64,000 nt of DNA, taken from NCBI GenBank assembly GCA_963719555.1, contig CAVRCL010000003.1:3757-67756 (forward strand), read 5' to 3'. Below the pieces are notes generated by a model. That model saw only the letters and a program-made list of their open reading frames with translations. It ran no database searches and had not been told where the DNA came from. The stretch's first letter is position 1; the number at the start of each line of letters is the position of its first letter. The position numbers were made by a program, and so were the translations under genes. Origin of the DNA: Thermoanaerobaculia bacterium. GTDB lineage: Bacteria > Acidobacteriota > Thermoanaerobaculia > Multivoradales > JAGPDF01. Positions 41,851-57,574 of the stretch are shown piece by piece.

Positions 41851-43182
41851 GCGTCCTCCAGGCGATCGAGCGCCCGGCGCAGCATCTCGATGGCTTCGCT
41901 TCCCGACAAGCCGGCATCGGCCTGGCAGAGGAGCGGATCCTCGAACAGTCCGCAGGCCACTCCCGCACTGCAAAGCGCATCTCGGCCGCCGCGCGCGGCG
42001 AAAACTGGCACCGCCCCGCAGATCGCATCGCTCGCGACCAGCCGAAGCAGCGCCGCAACCGCGTCGGCGCGGCGCAGCCGGAGCATTCGGCGAGAAGCGA
42101 TGCATGGTCTCGTCGATCGCCATCAGGCCGAGGTTGGCCACCCGCGCGATCTCGTCGCGGGAGGGGTGGTCGACGATATCCGAAGCGATCTGGGCCGCTC
42201 CCGGCCGCGCCGTCCGGATCTGCGGCACCATCCAGTAGAGCAACACCGCGAAGTCGGCTGCGGGTCAGCGCGACCTTGTCGCGCAGACCGCGGACCTGTT
42301 CGGGCGAATTGAGCAGCCGCCAGGCGAATTTCGCGCGCGCCAGCTCGGTCTCCAGGGCGGGATCGGCCGGCGCCGCCGCGGCGAGGGCCTCGATCAGCGC
42401 CAGCCCGGTCCGCGGGTCACCGACCAGCAGCTCGAGCTGGCCGCGCCTGAGGCCGAGGGCCGAGTCTTCGGGTCGCGCAGGCCTGGAGTGCCTTGACCGC
42501 CGCCAGCTCGGCGCGCGGATCATCGGCGACCCCGGCCATCTCCATCGCGACCGCAAGGCGGCCTCGGAGTTCGGCCAGAAACGATCCAGCATGGAGAGAT
42601 GCCAGGCGGCGGCCTCTCTGCCGACCGGTACGCAAGGCTCGGAGAAGCGGTTGCGCAGCGACTTCCTGGGCGCGCGGTCGAAATCGCCCGGGCGCGTTCG
42701 GCGGCGGTCGTCCGAGCGGCCGGCGGCCGCCTGTAGGCCACGAAGGCCTCCGGGCAGCTCGCCTAGTCTCCTCCTGGCGCGCCTGCCGAGCGCGAGCGCC
42801 AGCGGCAGGCAGTCCGGTGCCGCAGCAGCGAACGGCTGCAGAGGCTCGCGGCCTCGCGCGGCTTCGCACGCGACGAGCAGCGCCTCGCCACGCAGGGTCT
42901 GCGCCGGCAGCAGCGCCGGATCGCGCGCGATCGCCTCGTCGGCGGCGCGCAAGCGCGGCCGCCGCGTCGCCCGACCGTATGAAGCTCGCGGTAGGCACGC
43001 TGCAGCTCGCTCGCGGCGCCCTCGTCGAGGCCCGCCGCGCAATCGACGGTCGGATCGAGCAGGAACGGACGCAGGGCGGGATCGACCCCCGGGGCCGGCG
43101 CGGCGGTCTTCACGGGCGAGCAGGCGACCGCAACCGCCAGGCCGAGAAGCCCTGCCGCCGCGAATCGGCATCGGAACCGCAT
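41847..43182 (-). pseudogene. Putative lipoprotein with helical-repeat (TPR-like) and SLH-like segments, heavily frame-disrupted
   Basis: ATG at 43182 gives MRFRCRFAAAGLLGLAVAVACSP (lipobox). Fragments such as ALTRADFAVLLYWMVPQI and HRFSPNAPLRRADAVAALLRLV (ORFs 41581 and 41847) look like SLH repeats. ATGA overlap with pgsA. Confidence 0.4.
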
Positions 43183-43198
43183 GGTCGCTGGCGGCAGA

Positions 43199-43411
43199 TC
43201 AGCCTTCGCCCGAGTGGGCGATGGTCGCGATGGCGTGCTTGTAGACCATGACCTCGCGCCCCGCGATCTCGACGACGACCGCAAAGCGATCGAAGCGCCG
43301 GATCTTGCCTTCGAGTTGCTTGCCGGTGACGAGCTCGATGCTCATCGGCCGGCCGTCTTTCAGACTCTGGAAAAGGAAGCCGTCCTGGATGTTGATGCTC
43401 GGTTTGTTCAT
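43199..43411 (-). CDS. hfq: RNA chaperone Hfq
   Basis: ATG at 43411 gives MNKPSINIQDGFLFQSLKDGRPMSIELVTGKQLEGKIRRFDRFAVVVE...MVYKHAIATI (Sm1/Sm2 motifs). Sits in the classic miaA-hfq order. Confidence 0.95.
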   Translation of the reverse strand: MNKPSINIQDGFLFQSLKDGRPMSIELVTGKQLEGKIRRFDRFAVVVEIAGREVMVYKHAIATIAHSGEG

Positions 43412-43412
43412 C

Positions 43413-44404
43413 CTACCCTCCGCCGCCCGGTGCACCGGTTGGCTCTGCGATTCCGGCGATCTTCTCCGGCTCACCACCTGCGACTGCAGGCATCTCCATC
43501 ATGGACGTCAGGCACTCCCGGGTCTTGCGGGCGTCCCACCAGTCCATTCCCTCCTCTCGCCGGAACCAGGTTTCCTGGCGCTTGGCGAAACGCTTCGTCT
43601 GCGTGACCACCTTCTGCAGGGACTCTTCGAACCCGCCTGCGCCATCGAGGAACTCCACCCACTGCCGATAGCCGATTGCCTGAAACGCGGGCGAGTCGCG
43701 ATCGACTCCTCCGGTGAGAAGCCCGCGCACCTCGTCGAGCCAACCCGCGTCCATCATCGCCCGCACCCTGGCAGCGATGGCATCGTACAGAACGCCGCGC
43801 GGAAGCGTCAATCCGACCTTGCGCATCACGACCGGCTCGGCACCGAAGGGTCGGCGGGCGATCCAGGAAGTGAGCGTTTCGCCGGTGGCGACCGCCACCT
43901 CGAGGGCGCGCAGAATGCGCTGTGTGTCGGCGTTGCCGAGCCGCGCCGCGGTTGCCGGGTCGAGACCCGCGAGCTCCGCATGGAGCGCCGCCAGACCCTT
44001 CGCCGCCAAGCGCTCGAGAAGCCGGCGCGCACCAGCGCATCGACCGGTGGCATCGGGGCGATTCCGGACCACAGCGCCCGCAGGTAGAGGCCGCTGCCAC
44101 CGACGAGAATCGCCGCCGCTCGCGGGCGGCAATCTCCGCGAGCGCGCGCGCGCGCCCGCCGGGCGAACTCGCCGGCCGAGTAGCGCTCGCCGGGATCGAG
44201 GACGTCGACGAGGTGGTGCGGCACCCGCCGACGCTCCTCCGGCGAAGGCTTGGCCGTTCCGATGTCGAAACCACGATAGACCTGCAGCGCGTCGGCATTG
44301 ACGATCTCCCCGCCTACTGCCTCCGCGAAAGCGAGCGCCAGCGCGCTCTTGCCCGAGGCGGTCGGACCGACGATGGCAACGACCCGGGACACGAGATCGT
44401 CCAA
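43413..44404 (-). pseudogene. miaA: tRNA dimethylallyltransferase, with about 4 frame disruptions
   Basis: P-loop VVAIVGPTASGKSALALAFAE...IVNADALQVYRGFDIGTAKPS (ORF 43826..44431). The C-terminal half QAIGYRQW...TKRFAKRQETWFRRE is in ORF 43413..44558. The start is TTG 44404 or GTG 44392. Confidence 0.85.
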
Positions 44405-44406
44405 GT

Positions 44407-46689
44407 CTACTCGCTCGCGAGTGCCGAGCACGGCCCGCGGCGAACCCGGCAGGTCGAATCTCGAGCGGCCATCCCCGTCGCCAGCGGATGACGACCTGGC
44501 CGCTCATGATCGGTGCGCAGAGATCGGCTGCCGGCGAGGGCGAGGCGGTCGACGACACCCGGCGACGGATGGCCGAAGCGGTTTGCCACCCCCGACGAGA
44601 TCAACGACAGACGCGGCCTGCGCGGCGCCCAGGAACGCCGCGCTGGAAGACGACGCTGAGCCGTGATGCGCGACCTTGAGCAGATCGCAGCCCAGAGCGA
44701 GCGGGTCGCGGGAGAGCAGTCTGCAGCTCGGCGCGACGTTCGATGTCGCCGGTCATGAGCAGCCGTCGGCCCTCCGCTTCCAGGGCGAGCACCAGCGAAC
44801 GATCGTTGTCCTCGCCGGCGGCTCCGCGCTGGGGCCCGAGGACCTCGAAGCGCAGACTTCCCAGGGTGACCCTTTCGCCGGCGGCCAGGCCGCGGAAGTC
44901 AGCCCGCGAGAGGGCCAGAATTTCGCGCACGCAGGCGGTCTCGTGCAGCTCGGGAGCGCCCCAGACCTCGCCGACCGGAAGGTAGCTCGCGACATCGATC
45001 AGGCCGCCGCAGTGATCGCTGTCACTGTGGGTCACGACCACGGCATCCAGGCGCGAGATACCCCGCGCGGCGAGGAGCGGCAACCAGACCTGGGCGCCGA
45101 AGTCCCGGGTTCGCCGCTGCCCCGTTCCACCACCGCCGTCGAGGAGCATCGCGGTGGCCCCACGGCGCAAGAGCGCCCCGTCACCCTGACCGACGTCCGC
45201 GAGCACCCACTCCACCTCCGGCGTGGCGGCGGGTCGCGGATCCGGCGCCGCCGTGAGCAGCAGGGCGAGCAGGAAGCGCGCGCCGTGCCGACCGCGGGCT
45301 CGACGCGGCCGCCAGGCAGAGCCCCGCCAGTCCCAGTCCGAGCCACCATGAGGGTGGCAGGGGAAGGCAGAGCCATGGGCCCGACGGCAAGGAAGGCAGC
45401 CATTGAAACGGGGCGGCGAGCAGGTCGAGCGGCAGCGCAGCGAGGTCGCCGAGCGGCGGCATCGCCAACGCCACGGCGATCCAACCGAGCGCCGCGACGA
45501 GCAGCAGACCGGCGAGGGGCACGGCGATCAGATTGAGCAACGCAGCGGCTGGCGAGAGGCAGGAGAAGGCTGCGAGTGCCCAGGGTAGCGTCGTCGCTTG
45601 CGCCGCCAGGGAAACCGCGAACGCCAGGGCCAGCGGATGCCGGCGGATCGGCCAGCGCTCGAGCACCGCCGGCGCCACGGCCACGAGTCCGAAGGTCGCC
45701 GAGCTGGACAGGCAGAATCCGAGGTTCCGCACCAGCGACGGTTCAATCGCCGCCATGCTGGCGGCGGCGACTGCCAAAGATTGCAGGGCGAGGGCGCGCC
45801 GCTCCAGCATCAGAGCCGATGAGAGCCGCCGATGTCATGAGTGTCGCCCGGAGCAACGACGGCACCGGCCCGACCACGGCGAGATGCGACAGGACCGCCG
45901 CAGCCGACGAGAGCCAGGCGAACACCTGCGGCTGCAGAAGGAGCCGAGCGCCGCCGCAACGCCGGCGACAAGCGCGACGTTCATGCCCGAGACGGCGAGC
46001 AGGTGGGCCAGCCCCGACCGTCGAAACGCGAGGCGTTCACTGGCGGAGATGCTCTCGAGGTCTCCGAGCAGAGTCCCCGTGCATAGCCCACGCCGGGATG
46101 GCGGGCAGCGCCTCGGCGAGCGGCCGCGCGACCGTCGCCCGCCAGCGGGTGAGTGCCCGGCGCGCCAGCGGCGGCGGCTGCTCGATCGCCAGCAGCCGAG
46201 GCGACTTGACGCGCAGGCGGAAGCCTCCGGGCGGAATCGCGTGGGCGTTGGCGAGCCCGGCCGAGCGCGACAGGTAGCCGCGCACCCGTATGCGGCTGCC
46301 TGGAGGCGGGAGCGGGCAGCGCTCGCAAAGCTCCAGCCGCGCCGTCGGTGGTGTCGTCCAGAGCCGCGTCCCTTGACGCACGAGCTCGAGTCGCAGAGCC
46401 GCGCTGGCTCCGCCCGGTTCTTCGCGCCAGTCGCCGGCGACCCACCCGCGGCCTCCACCGGACGGCCCGGGTCCAGCCCCGCGAGGTCGGGCGTCGGCGC
46501 CACCCGCGCGGTCAGCAGTCCGAGGAAGAGTACGGTGAAGCGGCCGCCCGAACGGCCCGCGAGCGCCACCGACAAGCCGACTCCGACCGCCAGCCAGCCG
46601 ACCGCCGTGGGGAGGAGGAGCCCCTCGGCGAAGACGGCGACAAGGTAGACCAGGGCAGGAACCGCCGCCGGAGCGTGGGCTGGCTTCAC
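44407..46689 (-). pseudogene. comEC: DNA internalization-related competence protein ComEC/Rec2, with many frame disruptions
   Basis: GTG at 46689. Competence-domain motif RRSGLAHLLAVSGMNVALVAG (ORF 45835..47445). TM core is in ORF 45181..45810. The metallo-beta-lactamase domain is VGQGDGALL...VVVTHSDSDHCGGL (ORF 44601..45215). KVAHHGSASSSS and SSGVANRFGHPSPGVVDRL lie in other frames. Confidence 0.8.
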
Positions 46690-47445
46690 ACCCTGTGAAG
46701 ACGGATTCAGCCGCCGGAATCTGGCGCGGAATCGGGCGCGGAATCCGGCGTATCGCCCTGCCCACGCGCCTCGGGAGAGAACAACGACAGCACCGGAGCG
46801 GCGAATCGGCGGCGCAGCAACTGCTCCGTCACGCGCGGCGCGGGCGAGGACGAGATCGTCCTCCGCCAGGCGGCCACGCAGGCGCGCGAGCGCCTGATCG
46901 ACCTGCGCTGCCTGTTCGAAGAGGGCCGTTGCCGTCACCCCCAGCGAGCTCCTCCCGCAGCGTCCGCAGGAGCTCGGAATCGAGGCGTGCGGAGCGCCTC
47001 TTCGACCTCGTTCGGCGAACCACCCTGAACGGCAAGGGCCGCGAGCGCCGCCGCCCAACTGGACCGCTGCGGCAGCGCCGAAGGCAGAGCTCGCGGCGAG
47101 GTTCGCGAGTCGGGACTCGACCGGCAGCGCGACGGCCTCCTCGGCGCGCCCGCCCGCCTTGAGGGCCAGCATTTCTTCCCAAGCCGCCTCGACGGCGGCT
47201 CGAAGGTAGCGCAAACTCGAAATGGTGCGCCCTTTCCGGGTGTGCTGGCGCTCGAAGAGCTTCTCCATCACATCCTGGATGAGCTCGACCGGGATTCCCT
47301 GGCGATGCCAGCTCTGCGCTTCCTGCCAGTCGGCGGCGGTGAGTAGGGCCGCTTTCTTGCGCAGGCCCAGGAAGGTGCGCTCGATCGCCAGGAAGTAGGC
47401 GTGGTCCGCGGAGGAGGGGACGTCGTCAGGTGCGGTTTCGGTCAT
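46687..47445 (-). CDS. Hypothetical protein. A weak DnaD-like impression in the N-terminal 100 aa is not verifiable here.
   Basis: ATG at 47445 gives MTETAPDDVPSSADHAYFLAIERTFLGLRKKAALLTAADWQEAQSWHRQGIPVELIQDVMEKLFERQHTRKGRTISSLRYLRAAVEAAWEEM. The C-terminal part and stop are uncertain. As assembled it reads into comEC, but a TGA overlaps the comEC GTG in another frame. Confidence 0.3.
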
Positions 47446-48220
47446 AGATCAGCTTCAAGCCGATCATCGTCAGAAGCGGCTCGGTCTTGCGGATGAAACG
47501 CGATCCGGAGGCGATGAGCTCAGCCTGTCCGCCCGTGGCGACGATCTCGCGCAGACCGGGAATCTCCTGTTGCAGGCGCTCGAGGATGCCGTCGACCAGT
47601 CCGATGTAACCGAAGTAGATCCCCGCCTGCATCGCACCCGCCGTATTCCTGCCGATGAGATCGGCCGGCCGTCGCACGTCGACGCGATAGAGCCGTGAAG
47701 CGTGGGCGAAGAGCGCTTCGGCCGAGATCAGGATGCCGGGAGCAATGATGCCGCCGGCGTACTCTCCGGCGGCATTGACGAGATCGAAGGTCGTAGCGGT
47801 GCCGAAATCGACCACCACGACGGGCGCGCCGTAGAGCTCGCGCGCCGCCACGGCGTTGACGATCCGGTCCGCTCCCACTTCCGCCGGATTGTCGTACCGG
47901 ATCGGCATGCCGGTGCGGATTCCGGGTTCGACGTAGAGCGGCGGGCGGCCGAAGAACTCGGTGGACAGGCGCGAGAGCGTCGAATTCAGCGGCGGCACCA
48001 CCGACGACACGATGACCGCCGAAGCCGCGGCGGGATCGATGCCGGAGCGCCCGAAAAGCGGCAAGAGCATCGCTCCGTACTCGTCGGCGGTGCGCTCCGT
48101 ATCGGTCGACAGGCGGAAGTCGGCCACCAGATCGTCTCCGCGGTAGATGCCGAAGACGGTATTGGTGTTTCCGACGTCGACGACAACGAGTACTTCTCCG
48201 GCCTGGCGGCGGTTCACCAT
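47426..48220 (-). CDS. coaX: Type III pantothenate kinase
   Basis: Intact 264-aa frame from the ATG at 48220: VVVDVGNTNTVFGIY...NPAEVGADRIVNAVAA...VVVVDFGTATTFDLV...GGIIAPG...ATGGQA. Confidence 0.9.
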   Translation of the reverse strand: MVNRRQAGEVLVVVDVGNTNTVFGIYRGDDLVADFRLSTDTERTADEYGAMLLPLFGRSGIDPAAASAVIVSSVVPPLNSTLSRLSTEFFGRPPLYVEPGIRTGMPIRYDNPAEVGADRIVNAVAARELYGAPVVVVDFGTATTFDLVNAAGEYAGGIIAPGILISAEALFAHASRLYRVDVRRPADLIGRNTAGAMQAGIYFGYIGLVDGILERLQQEIPGLREIVATGGQAELIASGSRFIRKTEPLLTMIGLKLIYDRNRT

Positions 48221-49036
48221 GAGAAGACCTCTCCCGATCGAATCAGGCGAATTCCCGACATCGGTCTCCAGCCTGAGGAAGCCGTGGGCGTCGAAACCGC
48301 CGAACCTGCCCTCCACGACTTCGCCATCCAGCCTGAACGCGGATCGGATCGCCGGCGCGATGGGCGGAGAGAACGCGAGAAGCTCTCCACCCAACCCGGC
48401 TCGTCGCTGATCACCGCCCGCCAGACGGCGCTGATCGCCTCGACCACGAAGCGCGCGAAAGGCGGTGGCGCGGCGTCCGAGCGGCCCGCCTCCTCCAGCA
48501 CGGAAGTGGCGCCTTCGAGGACCGCGGCGTCGGGAGTCGCGTAGTTCAGGCCGAAGCCGACGATCGCCCAGCAATCGGCCGGACTCGGCGGGCTCACTGC
48601 GTCGACGAGTATTCCGCCGAGCTTCCTGCGCCCGACGAACAGATCGTTGGGCCATTTGATCCGGCAGTCGCCCTGCACCACGACGCTCGCGAAACTGGCG
48701 AGCGCCGCCGCCGCGCGGATCGGCAGTTCCTGCAACCGCTCGGTTCGAGGGCACCGCAATCACCAGGCTCGCGTAGAGACCGCTGCCTGCCGGACTCCAC
48801 CACTCCCGCCCCTGGCGACCCCGACCGGCCGACTGTTCGAGCGCCGCGACGACGAACGGCAGCGGCCCTTCGTCCTCGTGCACACACTGGTCGAGCAGTG
48901 TGCGCGCGAGCCGTTGGGTCGAATCGACCTGCGAGAGAAAGATGCCGCTGAGCGGCGAGCCCGGAGCACTGCCGAGACCGCGCTGCCACTCCTGGCAGAG
49001 CTCCTCGACTGTGACGGATGGGCGCTGGGTATCCAA
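48214..49036 (-). pseudogene. birA: Biotin--[acetyl-CoA-carboxylase] ligase, with about 3-4 frame disruptions
   Basis: TTG at 49036. The N-terminal piece VDSTQRLARTLL...ALEQSAGRGRQGREWWSPAGSGLYASL is in ORF 47426..49036. KWPNDLFVGRRKLGGILV and the C-terminus IRLIRSGEVFSW are in ORF 48214..48759. Confidence 0.8.
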
Positions 49037-49039
49037 GCG

Positions 49040-51788
<2,749 letters not shown>

Positions 51789-51869
51789 GAGGCGACCGGT
51801 CGAGGACGCCGGGAAGGGGCCGGCCGGCAAGGCCTCGTCTCTCGCGAGCTCGCGCCGGCCCGGGTCAGG

Positions 51870-52751
51870 CTAGTCGATAGAAGATTCCAGTTCGCGGATG
51901 CGGCTCTTCAGCAGGACTTCGGCGAGATCGGGCACGACCTCCCAGGCCACGTCGCGCACCGCCTTGTCGCCGACCAGCTCGATGCATGCGGCGGGCGATG
52001 CGGTCGACATCGGCGTCGGAGAGCCGCCGGCCGCCGGCGGAGGTCGCTGCCGCTGCGCTGCAGGTCGGCTGCGGTGCCGAACGTCGGCCGCGAGAAGCCG
52101 GCGCGGGCGCGGGGCCGGCCGCGCCTCCGGACGGCGCGAAGCGAGCGTCTCGCTCCGGCTGCGGAGGCTGCGGTGCGACCGCGGTGCGGCGGCCGGCGCG
52201 CGCCGCGGCTCGGCCGAGCGAGCGCCGGGCAGTCCGACAGGTCGTCGGCGAGCGGCTCCCAGAGCTCCTCCTGCGGCACCGGCAGGGCGTAGATGTCGTC
52301 GGCGGCGGCAGCGGCTCCGCGGCGAACAGCCGGCAGCCTCCGCAGGGCGAACTCGGTCGCCGCCGGAGGCACCGGAATCGATCGCGACGGCGCCGAAGCG
52401 AGCTCGCGCACGCGGCGCATCAGCTCCTGCGAGTCGAACGGCTTCTTCAGGTGGCCATCGGCGCCGCAGCGCATCGCTTCGTCGGCGTCGAAACCCTCGA
52501 AGGTGCCGACGAGCAGCAGCACGGGAACCGCCGGATAGAGCTCCTTGCGAGCGCCTGCAGACCTCGAATCCGCCGGCTCCCGGCATGTGCACATCCGCGA
52601 TCACCACATCCGGCTTCGACTCGCTCAGCTGCGCGATCGCCTCCGCTCCGTTCGAAACCGCGGAGACGCGAAAATCCTCGTCCATGAAGGTCAGTTCCAC
52701 CACCTTCTGGATGGTCACGCTGTCGTCCGCCAGCAGAATCGTCTTCGTCAT
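51870..52751 (-). pseudogene. Response regulator: CheY-like receiver, Pro/Ala-rich linker and an uncharacterised conserved-looking C-terminal segment. Frame-disrupted.
   Basis: ATG at 52751 follows [28 protein letters not shown]...[20 protein letters not shown] (ORF 51870..53210). [30 protein letters not shown] (ORF 51908..52594). The C-terminus is [32 protein letters not shown]. Confidence 0.7.
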
Positions 52752-52807
52752 TGCTCCTCCGAGTCGCTCCCCGGGCTGCCGGATCCCGGCTCCGGCAGAC
52801 CCTCTGC

Positions 52808-53210
52808 TCAGGCCCGAACGAGGCGCTGTTCGAGATACTTCACGATATCGCCGGTGTTGGTGCCGGGGAGGAAGATCTGGTCGATTCCGGCCTGCTTCAG
52901 CGTCGCGACGTCGCGATCGGGAATGATCCCGCCGGCGAAGACCAGCATCTCGTCCGCGCCTGCCTCGCGCAGCAGCCGGGTGATCTCGGGCAGCAGCCGG
53001 TTGTGCGCCCCCGAGAGGATCGACAAGCCCGACCGCGTCGACATCTTCCTGCACCGCCGCCGAGGCGATCTGTTCGGGGGTCTGGCGCAGACCGGTGTAG
53101 ATCACCTCGAAACCGGCGTCCCGCAGCGCGCGGGCCACGACCTTGGCGCCACGGTCGTGCCCGTCCAGGCCCGGCTTGGCGATCAGAATGCGTCTGCTCA
53201 TGTCGGCCAT
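52808..53210 (-). pseudogene. Methylmalonyl-CoA mutase family, small (cobalamin-binding) subunit, with one frame disruption near 53040
   Basis: ATG at 53210 gives [43 protein letters not shown] (the DxHxxG B12 motif, present as DGHDRG). The continuation [35 protein letters not shown] is in ORF 52808..53044. Confidence 0.85.
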
Positions 53211-53250
53211 CCGCTTGATTCTAACAGGGGAATCGCATTTTTGGGGGCGT

Positions 53251-55225
53251 CAGTTGCCGATATAGCCCAGCGCCTTGAGCTGGTTGCGCAGGTCGTCGTC
53301 GATGTCCGGCCGGAACCTCCTCGTCGCGGGCGGTGTCGCTGCCGTCCATGATCTTCCCGAGTCCTGGCGCGCAGCTCGGACACACCCTCCGGAGAGACCC
53401 GGAGCGAGGTTCGTCTGCTCTCGCCGGATCGCGCTTCAGGTCGTAGAGCTCGTAGCTCTCGCCGGCGGCATCTCGAGGACTTGCGCGGAATCGAGACGAT
53501 GAACTTGAAGCGCGGCGTGCGCAGGGCCTTCTGCTCGTTCTCCTTGACGTTGGTGTGCTCGGCGAAAGCCTCGCGCGCCGGCAGGGAACCCTGCCCCTCG
53601 AGCAGGGAGACGAGGCTGCGCCCGTTCACCGGGCCGTCCAGATCGACGCCCAGAAGCTCGAGCAGGGTCGGATAGAGGTCGATCAGCTCCACCTGGTCCT
53701 CGATCGCGCCCTGGGTGAGCGGCTGGCCCCTTCCTCCTCGCGCGGCTCGCTCGGGCCAGATCGCTCGCGCACCGACGTCGGGCAGGAAGACCAGCAGCGG
53801 CACGTGGATCTGGTGGTCGTGCAGGTTCTGTCCGTGCCCCCAGGAGCCGTTCTCCCAGAACTGCTCGCCGTGGTCGCTGGTCACGATGACGATCGAATTC
53901 GCGAGCAGACCCGTCCGCTCGAACTCGGCGAAGAACTCTCCGAGCCTGGCCGTCGGTGTAGGCGATGTCGCCGTCGTAGAGCGCTTCGGCGTAGCGCATC
54001 TCCTCGTCCGAGAAGCGCTTGCGCAGACGGTTCCAGATCTCCTTGGAGAACTCTCCCGTCAGCCGCCCCGAAGGCATCCCCTCGGCGAAGCGGGTGTGGG
54101 TATAGGGCTCGTGGGTCTCGTAGCAATGCAGGAACAGGAAGAAGGGGCGTTCGGCGCCTGCGGCGCGTCGCGGGTCCACTCGACGATCCTGGCTGGGCTC
54201 GTGGATCCAGTCGTCGACGCGGTAGATCTCGAAGCCGCGATCGAAACCCAGCGTCGAATCGACCTGCCCTCCGCCGGTGACGGCGAAGGTCTGATAGCCG
54301 GCACGGTAGAGCACCTCGCCGATCATCGGCGAGTCGAGCCCCCGCGCGACGCCGGATAGACGCCGGTGAGCATCGAACGGTGCGACGGGCGGGTCCAGGG
54401 CGCCTGGCTGATCGCCCATGGAAACGCAGACCGCGCGCGGCGAAGGCATCGAGATTGGGCGAAGTCGGGCGTTCGTAGCCATAGGCGCCGAGATGGTCGG
54501 CCCGCAGCGTGTCGAGGCTGATCCAGACGATGTTCGGCCGTCGTGCCCGTCCCGCCGCCGACCTCGCCCCCGCCGATACCCTGGCGGTAGCGGCCGACTC
54601 TGCGCCTCTCGATCCGTCTGCGGGTGGCACGACGAGATACGGCGACGACCAGGCGCCGAAGAGGCCGACGGGGGCGCCGGCACGCGAGGCGCCGCGACGA
54701 ACTCCAGCGTGACCTCCTTGCCGCCCCAGCCGGAGAGATCGATCTCCTCGTCGTGCCAGCGGCCGGGAACCTCGGCGGCCACCTTGCGCTCGAACAGCGC
54801 CGCCGCCGTCTCGAGGCCGCTCCTGAGGTGGACCTGCATCTCGACCGCGCCCCCCTTCTCCGCGGTGTCCAGGACTCCGAGGCCGAACCGCAGCCGCCCA
54901 CCGGGCGGAACGGTGAAGCGAATAGCGAAAACTCGAGCCGGGAGGGGCGACGAGAGCCAGCCGCTCTTCGCGCGTGAAGACCTCGCCGAGGCGCACGCGG
55001 GCGATGTAGGCCGGACCCGCTGGATCGAAGGTCGCGAGGTCGTCGCCGGCGCGCAGGCCCGACTCCGGCAGCACGATCCCCGCGGGCCAGGTGACCTCGG
55101 GAACCCATCCCGGATCCAGCAGTCGTGAGCTGCGCGTTTCGGCCTTGGGGCCCGGGCAGGCGACACAGACGAGGCCGACGAGAAGGGCGCCAGCCCCGCC
55201 GAATCTGGGTCGCCTCAGAACGCAC
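53251..55225 (-). pseudogene. Sulfatase-family lipoprotein with an extra N-terminal domain of about 200 aa, many frame disruptions
   Basis: GTG at 55225, then a frame change to [19 protein letters not shown] (lipobox). [21 protein letters not shown] (ORF 53881..55653). [21 protein letters not shown] (ORF 54323..55225). [13 protein letters not shown] (ORF 53436..55166). VTSDHGEQF...WGHGQNLHDHQIHVPL (ORF 53198..53884). The tail LKALGYIGN and a stop at 53251-53253 come from my translation. Confidence 0.8.
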
Positions 55226-55716
55226 CCCGGAAATAGACCAGGTCGGTGTGCGGTGGGATGTAGCCCAGCTGCCGCAGCAGGCTGACGACCTGCCCGCGGT
55301 GATAGGTCGCGTGGTTCACGAAATGCAGCAGGACCTGCCGGAAAGGCGGCGCGTGTGGGTCTCGCCGGCGAGGTTCGTCCAGGTGAACTCCTGATCGAGC
55401 TGCTCTTCGGCCAGGGAGGCGAGGAAGAACTCGATCTGCGGCCAGAAGTCCTCGTAGGCCGCCGCTGAGCGTCTCGAGCGTCGGAAAGTCGTCGAGGTTC
55501 GGGACGCGCCCAAGCGGAATGCCCGAGGAACCGCGAGAGCCAGAGCTGCTCGGAGCCGAGGATGTGCGCCATGGTGCCGAGCACCGAGCCGAAGCTGGTC
55601 CCGGTCTCGCGCGTCAGGTCCTCGGCGCGCACGCTCCCCAACTCCTCGAGCACCGTCCGGTCGGCCCAGATGGTGTAGGCGATCAGTCCGCGAACGCGTC
55701 GGCAGGAGGGAGCTCA
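55215..55716 (-). pseudogene. DinB-family (DinB_2/damage-inducible-like four-helix-bundle) protein, frame-disrupted
   Basis: ATG at 55716. Pieces: [53 protein letters not shown] (ORF 53881..55653 frame), [16 protein letters not shown] (ORF 55316..56437), and [25 protein letters not shown] (my translation). Stop at 55215-55217. Confidence 0.7.
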
Positions 55717-55725
55717 TCGGCGACC

Positions 55726-57477
<1,752 letters not shown>

Positions 57478-57574
57478 GGTCGGCCTCTCCTCGGTTCCTG
57501 CAGACGAATGAGTATAAGGCTGCCGGGCGCCCTGCCGGGGAGTCCCGGACCCGGGGCGGGACCCCTTCCCGGAC

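Noticed and set aside
45835-47445. 536-aa ORF fusing the hypothetical protein to ComEC, and the 420-aa ORF 34832..36094 fusing an unknown protein to RsmD
   Set aside because: In both cases a GTGA start/stop overlap exists at the expected gene junction, but with the stop in a neighbouring frame. This indicates separate, translationally coupled genes plus an upstream indel.
47426-49036. 536-aa ORF suggesting a BirA-CoaX (Baf-like) fusion protein
   Set aside because: A canonical BirA C-terminus (IRLIRSGEVFSW plus stop at 48214) is present in another frame and overlaps the coaX ATG at 48220. The in-frame link is therefore most likely a by-product of the indels. A genuine fusion cannot be excluded until the sequence is corrected.
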